Assembly (NCBI GenBank): GCA_963698075.1
Contig: OY969116.1
Location: 606,131-670,130, forward strand
Reading direction: 5' to 3'
From: an uncultured Candidatus Berkelbacteria bacterium
GTDB lineage: Bacteria > Patescibacteriota > UBA1384 > UBA12157 > JAENIV01
Length of the DNA: 64,000 bases
Under the pieces are notes generated by a model, which saw only the letters and a list, made by a program, of their open reading frames with translations, was not told where the DNA came from and searched no databases. Every line of letters starts with the position of its first letter. Positions within the stretch are counted from its first letter, which is position 1. Shown here piece by piece: positions 55,715-64,000 of this stretch. Made by a program: the position numbers and the translations under genes.

Positions 55715-56488
55715 CTAACTAATCTTCGTCGCTTTAAGACCGGTCACTTTAGCAACTCGATCAATTGCGGTTCTAACATATTCGGGGTCAAGCTCGATCC
55801 CGTAGCACTTCCTTTTAACTTGTTCGGCAGCCAGAATGCTACTCCCTGATCCCAAAAATCCATCGTAAATGACATCTCCAATCCTAGAACTATTAAGTAT
55901 AAGGTTCCTTAAAAGTCCGATCGGCTTCATTGTTGGATGAAGTTTGGATTTGTTTGGTTTGGGGTAGAAGAGCAGACTCTTATCTTTTGATTTACGAAAC
56001 TCATGCGTTCCAAGCCATCCGAAGGCGACTAATTCATGCTGTGGCAAGTAATTGAGTCTACCAATTACTGGATGGCTTTTTACCCATATAAGCAATTGTG
56101 CGAACTTAAACCCTGCCTGAAGCATTCCTTCTCTTAGCGCAAAAATCATTTTGTCACTATTGAAAATGTACGCACTATTTTTTTGAGCAAGATAAGGCTT
56201 TATTGCCTCTAACCATTCTGTTGTGAATTGTCGATATTCATCGTCAGTCTGTTCTTGATCATTAAGAATCGCCTTATGTTTGTATGACTTTTGGAAGATT
56301 TGCTTGCTTTCGCTTAGAGAAACTCCGTAAGGAGGATCTATAAGCAAGATCTTAACTTTTTCATTTTCGATTAATTTTTTAATTATTTCTGGGTCTCGAG
56401 CATCCCCATTAATAATTTTATGATCACCGATTTTGAACATATCCCTATAATTAATATTATCTTTTTCCATTTGGAACTCCTTTCGCAA
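55715..56488 (-). CDS. DNA N6-adenine/N4-cytosine methyltransferase (beta class)
   Basis: Motif IV LLIDPPYGV (DPPY) precedes motif I VIYDGFLGSGSSILAAEQ. pfam01555-like. Confidence 0.7.
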   Translation of the reverse strand: MRKEFQMEKDNINYRDMFKIGDHKIINGDARDPEIIKKLIENEKVKILLIDPPYGVSLSESKQIFQKSYKHKAILNDQEQTDDEYRQFTTEWLEAIKPYLAQKNSAYIFNSDKMIFALREGMLQAGFKFAQLLIWVKSHPVIGRLNYLPQHELVAFGWLGTHEFRKSKDKSLLFYPKPNKSKLHPTMKPIGLLRNLILNSSRIGDVIYDGFLGSGSSILAAEQVKRKCYGIELDPEYVRTAIDRVAKVTGLKATKIS

Positions 56489-57767
56489 TTAATTTTGGTT
56501 TTTCACCAGTCAAGGTCTCAAAACGTTTCAATATCAGATCAACGAAGATCGGCTCTTTTTCAACCATCGCTACCTTTCTTTTTAGCTGGACCGCTGCGGA
56601 CATCACAGGGCCAGATCCAGCAAACATATCCAGAATTAAATCGCCGGGCCGCGTGCAACGCCTTAAGGGTTTTTCAAAAAGCGTAGCTGGTTTTTCTGTC
56701 GGATGCTCATAGTTTTGCCCTGCAATCCTTTTGACCATCCAGATGTCCAGTTGGTCAAGGATGTCGTCAATCTGCCGATTCCCGGTTGCAATTTGCTTGT
56801 TTAAGATTTCTGTAAGATTTGGACACTTTGGGGAGGTGTATGGCTTGCCACGTGTGCCATACGTAACTGGTTCATATGACTTATTGAATGCCACTTGAGG
56901 CGTAGGGTTAAAAGCTCCCTTTATCCAGAGACAGGTACGGACAGGCTTGATGTTCAATTTTTTATATAGCGTTTGAATCAGCCAGACATAGCTTTGGTCG
57001 GAAAAGTAAAAATAATGTGAATCTTTTTTACTGAACTTAATTGCATTTGTTATGCTCTGTTTTAAAAATTCTTTATATTCTTCGTCGCTTTTGCTATCAT
57101 CAACATGACCGCCATATGAGGATTTACCGCCAATTCCTGAATTGTAATCGAGAGAAATATTAAAAGGTGGATCGCAACACACCATGTCTGCATGCTTACC
57201 AGACATAAGTATTTCAATTGCTTTTTCATTGAGGGAATCCGCACATAAAAGTCTGTTTTCGCCTAACGAATAAAGATCACCTTCTTTTGAGGCAGGACTC
57301 TTAATTCGTTCAAGCTCTTTGTGGGCGTCAAATTCATCTTCTGAAACCTCTAAAGCATCATCAAAAATGTTCGAAATCTCAAAATCTTTAAATCCTGCTT
57401 CCAAAACTACATCGATATCAAAGCTTCTTAATAAATCATAATCCCATGAGCCATTCGAAATGTTCATTTTCAGTAAAATATCTTTTTCTTTTTTTGGATC
57501 GCTAACACAGATTCTAACCACCGGAACTTTCTGAAGTTTAAGTCTTTGTGCAGCCACAAGTCTCAAGTTACCCGAAAGCACTATATTCTCTCGATCTGGA
57601 GCAGAATTGACTATCAGAGGGTTTATAATCCCGTGGTCTTTGAAACTTCCCATTACTTTCTGGATTTCCTGCTCGCCGAATGTTCGGGGATTTCCAGGGT
57701 AGAATTTAAGTGATTTTACATCGACATATTCGATGGAAATTTTCTCTTTCAATTTTTCTTTGTTCAT
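56457..57767 (-). CDS. ParB-like nuclease domain fused to a DNA methyltransferase
   Basis: N-terminal ParB/Srx YPGNPRTFGEQEIQKVMGSFKDHGIINPLIV. MTase motif IV CCDPPFNI and motif I ILDMFAGSGPVMSAAVQ. Confidence 0.7.
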   Translation of the reverse strand: MNKEKLKEKISIEYVDVKSLKFYPGNPRTFGEQEIQKVMGSFKDHGIINPLIVNSAPDRENIVLSGNLRLVAAQRLKLQKVPVVRICVSDPKKEKDILLKMNISNGSWDYDLLRSFDIDVVLEAGFKDFEISNIFDDALEVSEDEFDAHKELERIKSPASKEGDLYSLGENRLLCADSLNEKAIEILMSGKHADMVCCDPPFNISLDYNSGIGGKSSYGGHVDDSKSDEEYKEFLKQSITNAIKFSKKDSHYFYFSDQSYVWLIQTLYKKLNIKPVRTCLWIKGAFNPTPQVAFNKSYEPVTYGTRGKPYTSPKCPNLTEILNKQIATGNRQIDDILDQLDIWMVKRIAGQNYEHPTEKPATLFEKPLRRCTRPGDLILDMFAGSGPVMSAAVQLKRKVAMVEKEPIFVDLILKRFETLTGEKPKLIAKGVPNGKR

Positions 57768-58079
57768 TTTTACTCCTTTCGTTACTTGTCGCGTCTTTTA
57801 ACAAAAAAGGCGCGATTTGCAAACAAAAAATTACCTTTCGGTAAATTTTCATTTGAAACTCGCGCCTTAAAAGCGTCGATCTCAAACGTAGATTATTAAA
57901 TTTTTTAACTGTTTGTTGCTTTACGCAACTACAATCTTATTATAAAGTATCCATCTAATTTGTCAAGCTCCAGTAATCAACCATTCCCTGTTTACCAATG
58001 GCTCTTCAGGTGATATATTTATGATGATAGATTATAAACAACACAGATTTAACTTTTACCACAAATAAAAAAGATCAAT

Positions 58080-58625
58080 ATGAGATTATTTAAGAAAAAA
58101 ATTACAGAGCAAAATGCCGTTGAGGAATTTATTCATTGGACAATGGAGGCAGTTTTGGATTGCTGGCCTGACGTCTATAAGGATTTTCGCAGTTTTACTA
58201 AAGACATTTGCAAAGAAGATATTGTTATAAAAGACGAGAAGATGGCTTCTCATAATTTTTATTTATCCATTATCGCCATAAATCTTATAGTGATTAAGAA
58301 TTTACACCATAAAGATCAAGGGGATAGATTAATAAGTTTGATCACAAAATCGGTTAGCCCTGAAAAAAATGAATATACCCTTAAACTGCTTGAGACTTAT
58401 CAAAATGATTGGAGTAAAGCTATTGATAAAAAAGAGATGCCCTTGCACTCTATTATAGTTCGCCTATTTAGAGAATGGCTGGATGATGAAAATTTTAATA
58501 AAATTTGCGTGGGGGAATTCGTTGATCCATTATTGATAACTGCGATGAATCAAAGGTTGATGCATTTTTATGGAGGATGGAAAAAAATAGTTGATAATTA
58601 TAAGTTAATCCCGAGTAATCATTAA
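58080..58625 (+). CDS. Hypothetical protein flanked by ~50-bp direct repeats
   Basis: 181-aa ORF with no motif. Repeats at 57988-58040 and 58668-58720. Confidence 0.45.
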   Translation: MRLFKKKITEQNAVEEFIHWTMEAVLDCWPDVYKDFRSFTKDICKEDIVIKDEKMASHNFYLSIIAINLIVIKNLHHKDQGDRLISLITKSVSPEKNEYTLKLLETYQNDWSKAIDKKEMPLHSIIVRLFREWLDDENFNKICVGEFVDPLLITAMNQRLMHFYGGWKKIVDNYKLIPSNH

Positions 58626-58659
58626 CTTTTAAAGAAAATAGTCCATCAAAAATAATCAA

Positions 58660-58798
58660 TGTTCTCCTGTTTACCAATCGCTCTTCAGGTGATATATTTA
58701 TGATGATAAATTACGAACACCAAATTGATCAAATGGTCCATAAACTTTATGGCTTAACTCATGAAGAAATCGAAACAATCGAACAAAAATCGCAGTAA
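58660..58798 (+). pseudogene. Remnant C-terminal tail of an N6-adenine MTase or Type IIG/BREX-PglX-like enzyme
   Basis: Encodes ..SSGDIFMMINYEHQIDQMVHKLYGLTHEEIETIEQKSQ*, the typical ..VDKLVYELYGLTEEEIKIVE tail. There are stops upstream. A second decayed copy lies at 57988-58078 and a third, different one at about 59700-59797 (..IDRPVHKLYGYARGNKSL*). Confidence 0.5.
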
Positions 58799-59675
58799 AA
58801 AACATCACTATCTCCCTAAGTATTATTTAAAAGGATTTACAAATAGTAAAAACGGTTTTTTTGTTTATGACAAACAGGCGGACAAAATCTTTAGGACTAG
58901 CCCCGATACTACCTTCTTTGAAAATAATTTAAATACAATAACCTTGTCCGATGGCAATTCTAGTGATTCTTTAGAGAATCTTTACACTGGCATTGAAAAT
59001 AGTTCATGGGATTCATTTGATAGGATTAGAAATTCAGATAGTTTGACTGTCATTGACCTCTTAGACAAGATGAATCTTTACCTTTTTTTACTTGTTCTAC
59101 ATTGGAGATTACCGAGTAATTTCAAGTATGTAGAAAACTTATCGGGGAAGATGTTTACAAATGACAAAAACCTCAATTTTATGTCTTTAAAAAACAAAAA
59201 TGGGGTTGATGCTTCTAAGGAATTTACGGAAATGCTGAAGGATTCTTCTGCTTTCAAAAAATCTTCAAGGTTAATTGTTCCTTTTGCGCCATTTTATGAA
59301 AAGAACTGGAGCGACAGTTTATACGATTGGAGATTTTTATATACTGGTGACATAAAAAATTGGTATGTTGTAGGAGATAATCCTATTATTACTAAAGGAG
59401 ATAATGACCACGATCCAGTAGATTGTCTTAAGGAATTCATTTTTTCTGTTTCTGGAAAGATACTTTTAGTCAACACTAACAAACCCATAAATAAAGGGCT
59501 TCCTTCTGAATTCGTAATACAATATAACATCTCCATGGTTGAAAGAGCCCAAAGGTTTATAGCATGCCCTAATAAAGACTTTTTAGAAGCGTTGATAAAA
59601 CACTATAAGATATATGTTCAATTTGGGAAAACAGACACTATAATTATGGAAATGTTTAAAATGTTAGAAAAGTAG
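58761..59675 (+). CDS. DUF4238-family protein (defence-island associated)
   Basis: N-terminal HHYLPKYYLKGF matches the DUF4238 signature HYVPQFYLKNF. 304 aa. The start codon lies inside the MTase-tail remnant. Confidence 0.6.
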   Translation: MKKSKQSNKNRSKKHHYLPKYYLKGFTNSKNGFFVYDKQADKIFRTSPDTTFFENNLNTITLSDGNSSDSLENLYTGIENSSWDSFDRIRNSDSLTVIDLLDKMNLYLFLLVLHWRLPSNFKYVENLSGKMFTNDKNLNFMSLKNKNGVDASKEFTEMLKDSSAFKKSSRLIVPFAPFYEKNWSDSLYDWRFLYTGDIKNWYVVGDNPIITKGDNDHDPVDCLKEFIFSVSGKILLVNTNKPINKGLPSEFVIQYNISMVERAQRFIACPNKDFLEALIKHYKIYVQFGKTDTIIMEMFKMLEK

Positions 59676-59814
59676 GGTATTCAGGCGGCGTTTCAGATCC
59701 ATTGGCACGCAATCTTGCGGCGGCTTGTCCGCAAATATGAAAAAATCGACCGGCCTGTCCATAAACTTTATGGTTACGCTAGAGGAAATAAAAGCTTGTG
59801 AAAAATTTTGTTAA

Positions 59815-62199
59815 ATGCAAAAAGTAAAAACAACAGATTTAGCTTTAGTATTCTTAAAGCGTTTTTCAAAGCTAATGATTTTATATTTCAATAAAATCGA
59901 AGTTAGGTGGATAATAAGTCTAAAGAAAGCCAACTTCTATATTAATCTTCGCTATTTTAGGTTTAAAAGTCTTACTTATTACTTTTCGAAACTTTTATTA
60001 ACAACGTTTTCTAACTACTTAGCAACTTTTATTTATTTTGTAATTTTAGGTTTTACTATATTTGCGTTGTCAAAAATACCTAACGTCGGCTTAGAGGGTA
60101 GTAATGCGGTCAGTTATTATACTGCAGCCGCAGCGATGTCTGGTGGTATTTTGGCTATTGTCTTTTCCCTAAGTATGCTCCTTATGGGTAATGCTGCCGA
60201 AAGGATTCCGGTTGGATTTTATCGGATTGCTGCAAAAGATTTTTTATGTGATTTTATTTTTTTCCTAATCAGTTTTTGCTCAATTGTGTTGTTCGGATTT
60301 GCCCTTTCCTTTGGAAAAATTCATTTAGGATTGTCCAGGGAATCATTTCTTGTTTCAATTTTTATCATCGGTTTAGTTTTTTATTTATGTTTTGCGCTTT
60401 ATGTTAGAGTTAGAGATCGCCTAAATCCCGAAAAGGTTTTGCAAATTGCCTCTAATCAAGCTTTGAAGTTTCTTTCGCAAATAAACAAAAGAGCTCATGA
60501 AATAGCAAAAATATTGGAGGAAATACCCGACTTAGATAAGGAAGTAAAAAAGGAAACTATTTTAGCTACTGCTTTTCAATATCTTCAGACGGATACGGAG
60601 TATCTTAATCAAAGGATCAATTTTTTATTTGATTATCACGACAAGTTGGTAGCAGAAAACGAAAGAGGTTCGGCTGCCAAAGTTTTAACAAATATAACCT
60701 TTATTTATATTCAGTACTTTCGAATGAGGCAAAACTCATCTTTGCTGCTTCCATCGGGAGGTTTATTTGTAAATATAAGCGATTCCCATTCTTTTATGGC
60801 TTCTGGTCTAGAAAGAGCAATGGCTATCGGAGAAACCTATCTGAGGAATAAAGATGACAGGGGCATAACCAATATTATTAATTTTTATGTTAACCTGTGT
60901 GTTGCTTCTTCTGGTATTAATTACAACACAGTCATTCCAGTAGAAAATCCCATTTTCGCTCAATGCCGGGGCTATTTAGATCAAGTAGTAAAAAGTATAC
61001 TAAAAGAAAAATCATTCGAAGGCTCTTTCCAAAGCGCATCTGCTTATGGAAAAATCGGTATTACGGCAATAGACAAAGGACTGATTTACGAGTATGAACC
61101 AGTTTTAAAAAAGTTAGAAGAAATTTGTGTTAGTGCCTTAGTTAATAGTGAGGATATAGTAGTTCAAACAGCGCTCAATTCTTATAATGATATTTTGACT
61201 AAAACGGTTTTAGCGAAACATAACCAAAACTTTAGAATTAAATCACTTTTTGAGCATTTAAAAAAGGTGATTCTCTTATCTTTCATAGCTGCTAAAGCCG
61301 GCTCCTTAGAAGATAATTATTTTACCCTCGAAACGTTATCATCGCCATTTAATACTACGGCAAATTTATGTACTAAATTGGTGGAAATAATTCAAGAATC
61401 GACTGACCCAAGAGATATTAGTAGCAAAAAAAGTTGTTTTTTTGAACTGGTAGAAACTCTATGGTGGAGTTTGAGGTTTCTATCAGAGAGGATGAAGAAC
61501 GCGGATCATTTATTAATCAATACTTTCGGTGACACAATCGCATCTATTGGTTACCTACTTCTTAAATTAACACAAAATGAAAAATGGGTCGACAAAAAAG
61601 ATGAACTTATTAAATGGGCAGGATTTTTAGTTTTTCAAACAACTTGGTTTGCCAGCGAAGCGGAAAAAATTGAAGCTAATTCGAATTTCGATTCTCTTGT
61701 TGAAGCTGGAGCAAAAATTGGCATAGAATCTTTGCAAGTGGGCGTAGATAAAACAGCTAAGGACTCAATTAAAGTAATCTCTGAGCTTGCAAACGAAATG
61801 CTCAAAAAACAAACTGGTAGTAATTTTGGTTTTACAGAACCCAGAATAATGGTAAGACTTTGCATCGTCGGATTGTTTGCTCTTAAGTTGGACGAGCAGG
61901 AGATAGTCAATGAAGCTGTTCGTCAAATAGGTACCTTTGAAACGGCTTATTATAAAAAATATTTTTCTAATTTACCAAAAGATGCACAATTAACCTCACC
62001 GACACCCGATCAATTACTTCAGGAAATGATAAGCTTAGCGCAAAAAAAATTTAGATATACTCCAGACCAGTTGTTGTCAGCTATCGGTGATACAGAAGAT
62101 AAAATCTTAGAGCTTGTAGATCAAAAAGATATCGAGAATTTTATTACTAAGGTGTGGGGTGTTAAAGAATTCGATTATTCTTATTCTGTTGGTATTTAG
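59815..62199 (+). CDS. Large membrane protein (4-5 N-terminal transmembrane helices + ~600-aa helical cytoplasmic domain), function unknown
   Basis: 794-aa ORF with hydrophobic segments aa ~60-200. No catalytic motif recognised. Confidence 0.5.
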   Translation: MQKVKTTDLALVFLKRFSKLMILYFNKIEVRWIISLKKANFYINLRYFRFKSLTYYFSKLLLTTFSNYLATFIYFVILGFTIFALSKIPNVGLEGSNAVSYYTAAAAMSGGILAIVFSLSMLLMGNAAERIPVGFYRIAAKDFLCDFIFFLISFCSIVLFGFALSFGKIHLGLSRESFLVSIFIIGLVFYLCFALYVRVRDRLNPEKVLQIASNQALKFLSQINKRAHEIAKILEEIPDLDKEVKKETILATAFQYLQTDTEYLNQRINFLFDYHDKLVAENERGSAAKVLTNITFIYIQYFRMRQNSSLLLPSGGLFVNISDSHSFMASGLERAMAIGETYLRNKDDRGITNIINFYVNLCVASSGINYNTVIPVENPIFAQCRGYLDQVVKSILKEKSFEGSFQSASAYGKIGITAIDKGLIYEYEPVLKKLEEICVSALVNSEDIVVQTALNSYNDILTKTVLAKHNQNFRIKSLFEHLKKVILLSFIAAKAGSLEDNYFTLETLSSPFNTTANLCTKLVEIIQESTDPRDISSKKSCFFELVETLWWSLRFLSERMKNADHLLINTFGDTIASIGYLLLKLTQNEKWVDKKDELIKWAGFLVFQTTWFASEAEKIEANSNFDSLVEAGAKIGIESLQVGVDKTAKDSIKVISELANEMLKKQTGSNFGFTEPRIMVRLCIVGLFALKLDEQEIVNEAVRQIGTFETAYYKKYFSNLPKDAQLTSPTPDQLLQEMISLAQKKFRYTPDQLLSAIGDTEDKILELVDQKDIENFITKVWGVKEFDYSYSVGI

Positions 62200-62266
62200 T
62201 TTTTCTAATCCAAACAAAAAGTCTTCGAAATCTTTTAGATAAAGCCAAAAGAGAGGGAACGATAAA

Positions 62267-62650
62267 ATGAAAGATAGAAAAATAATTCTTGAACTTACGC
62301 CCGAAGAAGTTAGACTATTAGCATACGGTGCTATGCCAAATGATTTGAAAGCAAGGTTAAGAGAAATTGCTCATCATATTGATGGGCAGATTAAAGTTGA
62401 AGAAGACTTAGAAAAGGTAGTGCCAAAATTACCAGATCCCAATAATTATATCGATATAGTCCGGAAAAAATATCCCAGGGCTTACCACAAATGGGCTAAG
62501 GAAGAGAGTATCAGATTAAAAATGCTTTTTTCTGAAGGTAGTTCAATTAAGGAAATATCAAGTTTACTGCAAAGGCAACCAGGAGGAGTTCGTTCAAAAT
62601 TAATAAAAATGGGATTATTGGAGGAAATTAAAAATGATTCAAACCGCTGA
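62267..62650 (+). CDS. Hypothetical protein with possible C-terminal HTH
   Basis: 127 aa, SIKEISSLLQRQPGGVRSKL. First of four tightly packed or overlapping genes. Confidence 0.45.
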   Translation: MKDRKIILELTPEEVRLLAYGAMPNDLKARLREIAHHIDGQIKVEEDLEKVVPKLPDPNNYIDIVRKKYPRAYHKWAKEESIRLKMLFSEGSSIKEISSLLQRQPGGVRSKLIKMGLLEEIKNDSNR

Positions 62651-62996
62651 AGAATTCATTCAATACAAGATAGAACAGTTTAAAAGAGGATTGCTGATAA
62701 AAGTCAAGGATATCAGTCGTAATGGTTTCCATTATTGGAAAAGAGAAGCTTGGACTTTTATGCCACAAAGCAATTATGATGGTAAAGTTTTTATTATTGA
62801 AAGGTTGGAGAGGGTTAAATCTGACATAGAATCTGCTAAAATCGGTGATATCGAATATAGAATCGGTTATTATATTGTTGGTAAAATAGGAAGAGCAAAT
62901 GGAAAATGGACTTGGGGACAATTTTGTCCATTAATACCACAGGAAGATTTTGCTAAATTATTTGATAAAGCGAAAAGAGAAGGAACTATAAAATAA
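62634..62996 (+). CDS. Hypothetical protein
   Basis: 120 aa. It overlaps the upstream gene by 17 nt. Its last 11 codons are duplicated upstream at 62238-62270. Confidence 0.45.
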   Translation: MIQTAEEFIQYKIEQFKRGLLIKVKDISRNGFHYWKREAWTFMPQSNYDGKVFIIERLERVKSDIESAKIGDIEYRIGYYIVGKIGRANGKWTWGQFCPLIPQEDFAKLFDKAKREGTIK

Positions 62997-63017
62997 AAGT
63001 TATCGAGGAACCAGTGA

Positions 63018-63428
63018 ATGAAAACCATTCGAATTTTAATTTTAGAAGATGATTTGAAAACTTTAGCTGTGATAATGGATGAGCTTTTTAGATTGGAAGA
63101 AAGCTTGATTGACAAGCAAATTGATTTTGCCGTAACTACCTTTTCTGAATATAACCAAGTCCAAGATTATCTCAATCAAATTCAAGAACCGAATTTTGAT
63201 ATTATTTTACTTGATCGTGATTGCAAACTCGGCGGGTCTTTTCACGTCATCAACATTAAAAAGTTTGGTGCTGATAAATTTATCGCTATCTCTACCCAGC
63301 CGGAATATAACGAAACAGCTATCAAAATGGGTGTTAAGAGAATTATTCGTAAGGACTATAAACGCTTAGAAGAATTTGCTGCCAATCTTTCTGAAGAAAT
63401 AAAAAGTATATTAGATGGAACCAACTAA
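63018..63428 (+). CDS. Stand-alone receiver (REC/CheY-like) domain protein
   Basis: IRILILEDD...FDIILLDRDC..GG...I has the acidic pocket and phospho-acceptor Asp pattern of response-regulator receivers. No output domain. Confidence 0.5.
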   Translation: MKTIRILILEDDLKTLAVIMDELFRLEESLIDKQIDFAVTTFSEYNQVQDYLNQIQEPNFDIILLDRDCKLGGSFHVINIKKFGADKFIAISTQPEYNETAIKMGVKRIIRKDYKRLEEFAANLSEEIKSILDGTN

Positions 63429-64000
63429 ATATCTCAGAGACAAATCATATTACGAAGAACTCTATGATCACGGCACGGTTTTTCAGTGTCGACGGACCGA
63501 AGAAGTATTTCGAAGAATTAGGGATGATAAGCTAAAAGAAAATCCTAAATTTTTTGATGATCCGGAAGCAGCAAAAGCTTATTTGATGATGAAGCATATG
63601 GCCTTCTATTTCCAGACTGGCGAAAGATATTGTGGCAAAGAAGAAGTAGTCCAAAAATGGATGGATAAAGATCGAAAGAAAGACCTGTTTTTGCAGACCG
63701 AGCCTCCGTTAGTTTTTTGTTCGAAATGTAACGACCAAATGAAATTGATTATCAAAGATTTAAAGACGAATTTGGATGATACTGAATTCCGGGTTTTATT
63801 TCTTTTTAGATGCGAAAAATGCAAGGAAAAACGCGGCATTTATGATAATGGTGAAGAATATGTCTTTGAAAGTGATTTCTGCCCTAAGTGTAGAACAAAA
63901 TGGGACTCTTCAAGTAAAAAAGAAAAAGATAAGATTACAACCAAACATCATTGTAAAAACTGTGGTCACAAAGAGGTCGAAGTTTTTGATTTAACTAAGC
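63415..64000 (+). CDS. Zinc-ribbon-rich protein, partial (runs off the window end)
   Basis: Open frame from ATG 63415 to the window end with no stop. It has four CxxC pairs (CSKCND, CEKCKEK, CPKCRTK, CKNCGHK). It overlaps the REC gene by 14 nt. It is absent from the ORF track because no stop is present. Confidence 0.5.
   Translation, partial: MEPTKYLRDKSYYEELYDHGTVFQCRRTEEVFRRIRDDKLKENPKFFDDPEAAKAYLMMKHMAFYFQTGERYCGKEEVVQKWMDKDRKKDLFLQTEPPLVFCSKCNDQMKLIIKDLKTNLDDTEFRVLFLFRCEKCKEKRGIYDNGEEYVFESDFCPKCRTKWDSSSKKEKDKITTKHHCKNCGHKEVEVFDLTK

Overview
This window is low-GC bacterial chromosome (about 35-40% GC by eye) with gene content and order typical of a small-genome Patescibacteria/CPR-like organism. 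Native genes include the 3' end of valS, a T4SS-like gene set (VirB6/TrbL-like, PrgI-like, a split VirB4, cell-wall hydrolases), metK, and the chromosomal origin region (recF-dnaN-dnaA with two DnaA-box clusters). They also include rpmH-rnpA-yidD-yidC-jag and tRNA-Ser(CGA). Immediately downstream of tRNA-Ser lies a prophage-like integrated element. It carries a large serine recombinase, an amidase, a frameshifted large terminase, a small terminase and two DNA methyltransferases (one ParB-fused). The element carries a complete diversity-generating retroelement (DGR): a reverse transcriptase with the LGxxxSQ motif, Avd, a 124-bp template repeat and two variable repeats with strictly adenine-specific differences. 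The DGR targets are a MoxR-like AAA+ ATPase fused to a C-type-lectin-like domain, and a smaller paralog; a vWA/HExxH protein is co-operonic. VR2 carries a 1-nt insertion that frameshifts the target. Interspersed through the low-GC backbone are six sharply GC-rich (about 60-67%) gene cassettes. Each has a consensus sigma70-like promoter, AAGGAG ribosome-binding sites and a GC-rich intrinsic terminator. Four cassettes are divergently paired with four paralogous TrmB-family regulators, and one is inserted directly against the oriC DnaA boxes. Further items are a HEPN/MNT toxin-antitoxin pair with a tandem palindromic operator, a DUF4238 defence-like gene, decayed methyltransferase C-terminal remnants, and at least four cases of short gene-end duplications flanking inserted genes. 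The cofE case (16559-16631 / 17393-17460) has one copy forming the C-terminus of the upstream Nif3 gene; in the other cases both copies are orphan gene-end fragments. All calls are from reading the sequence by eye; no searches were run.
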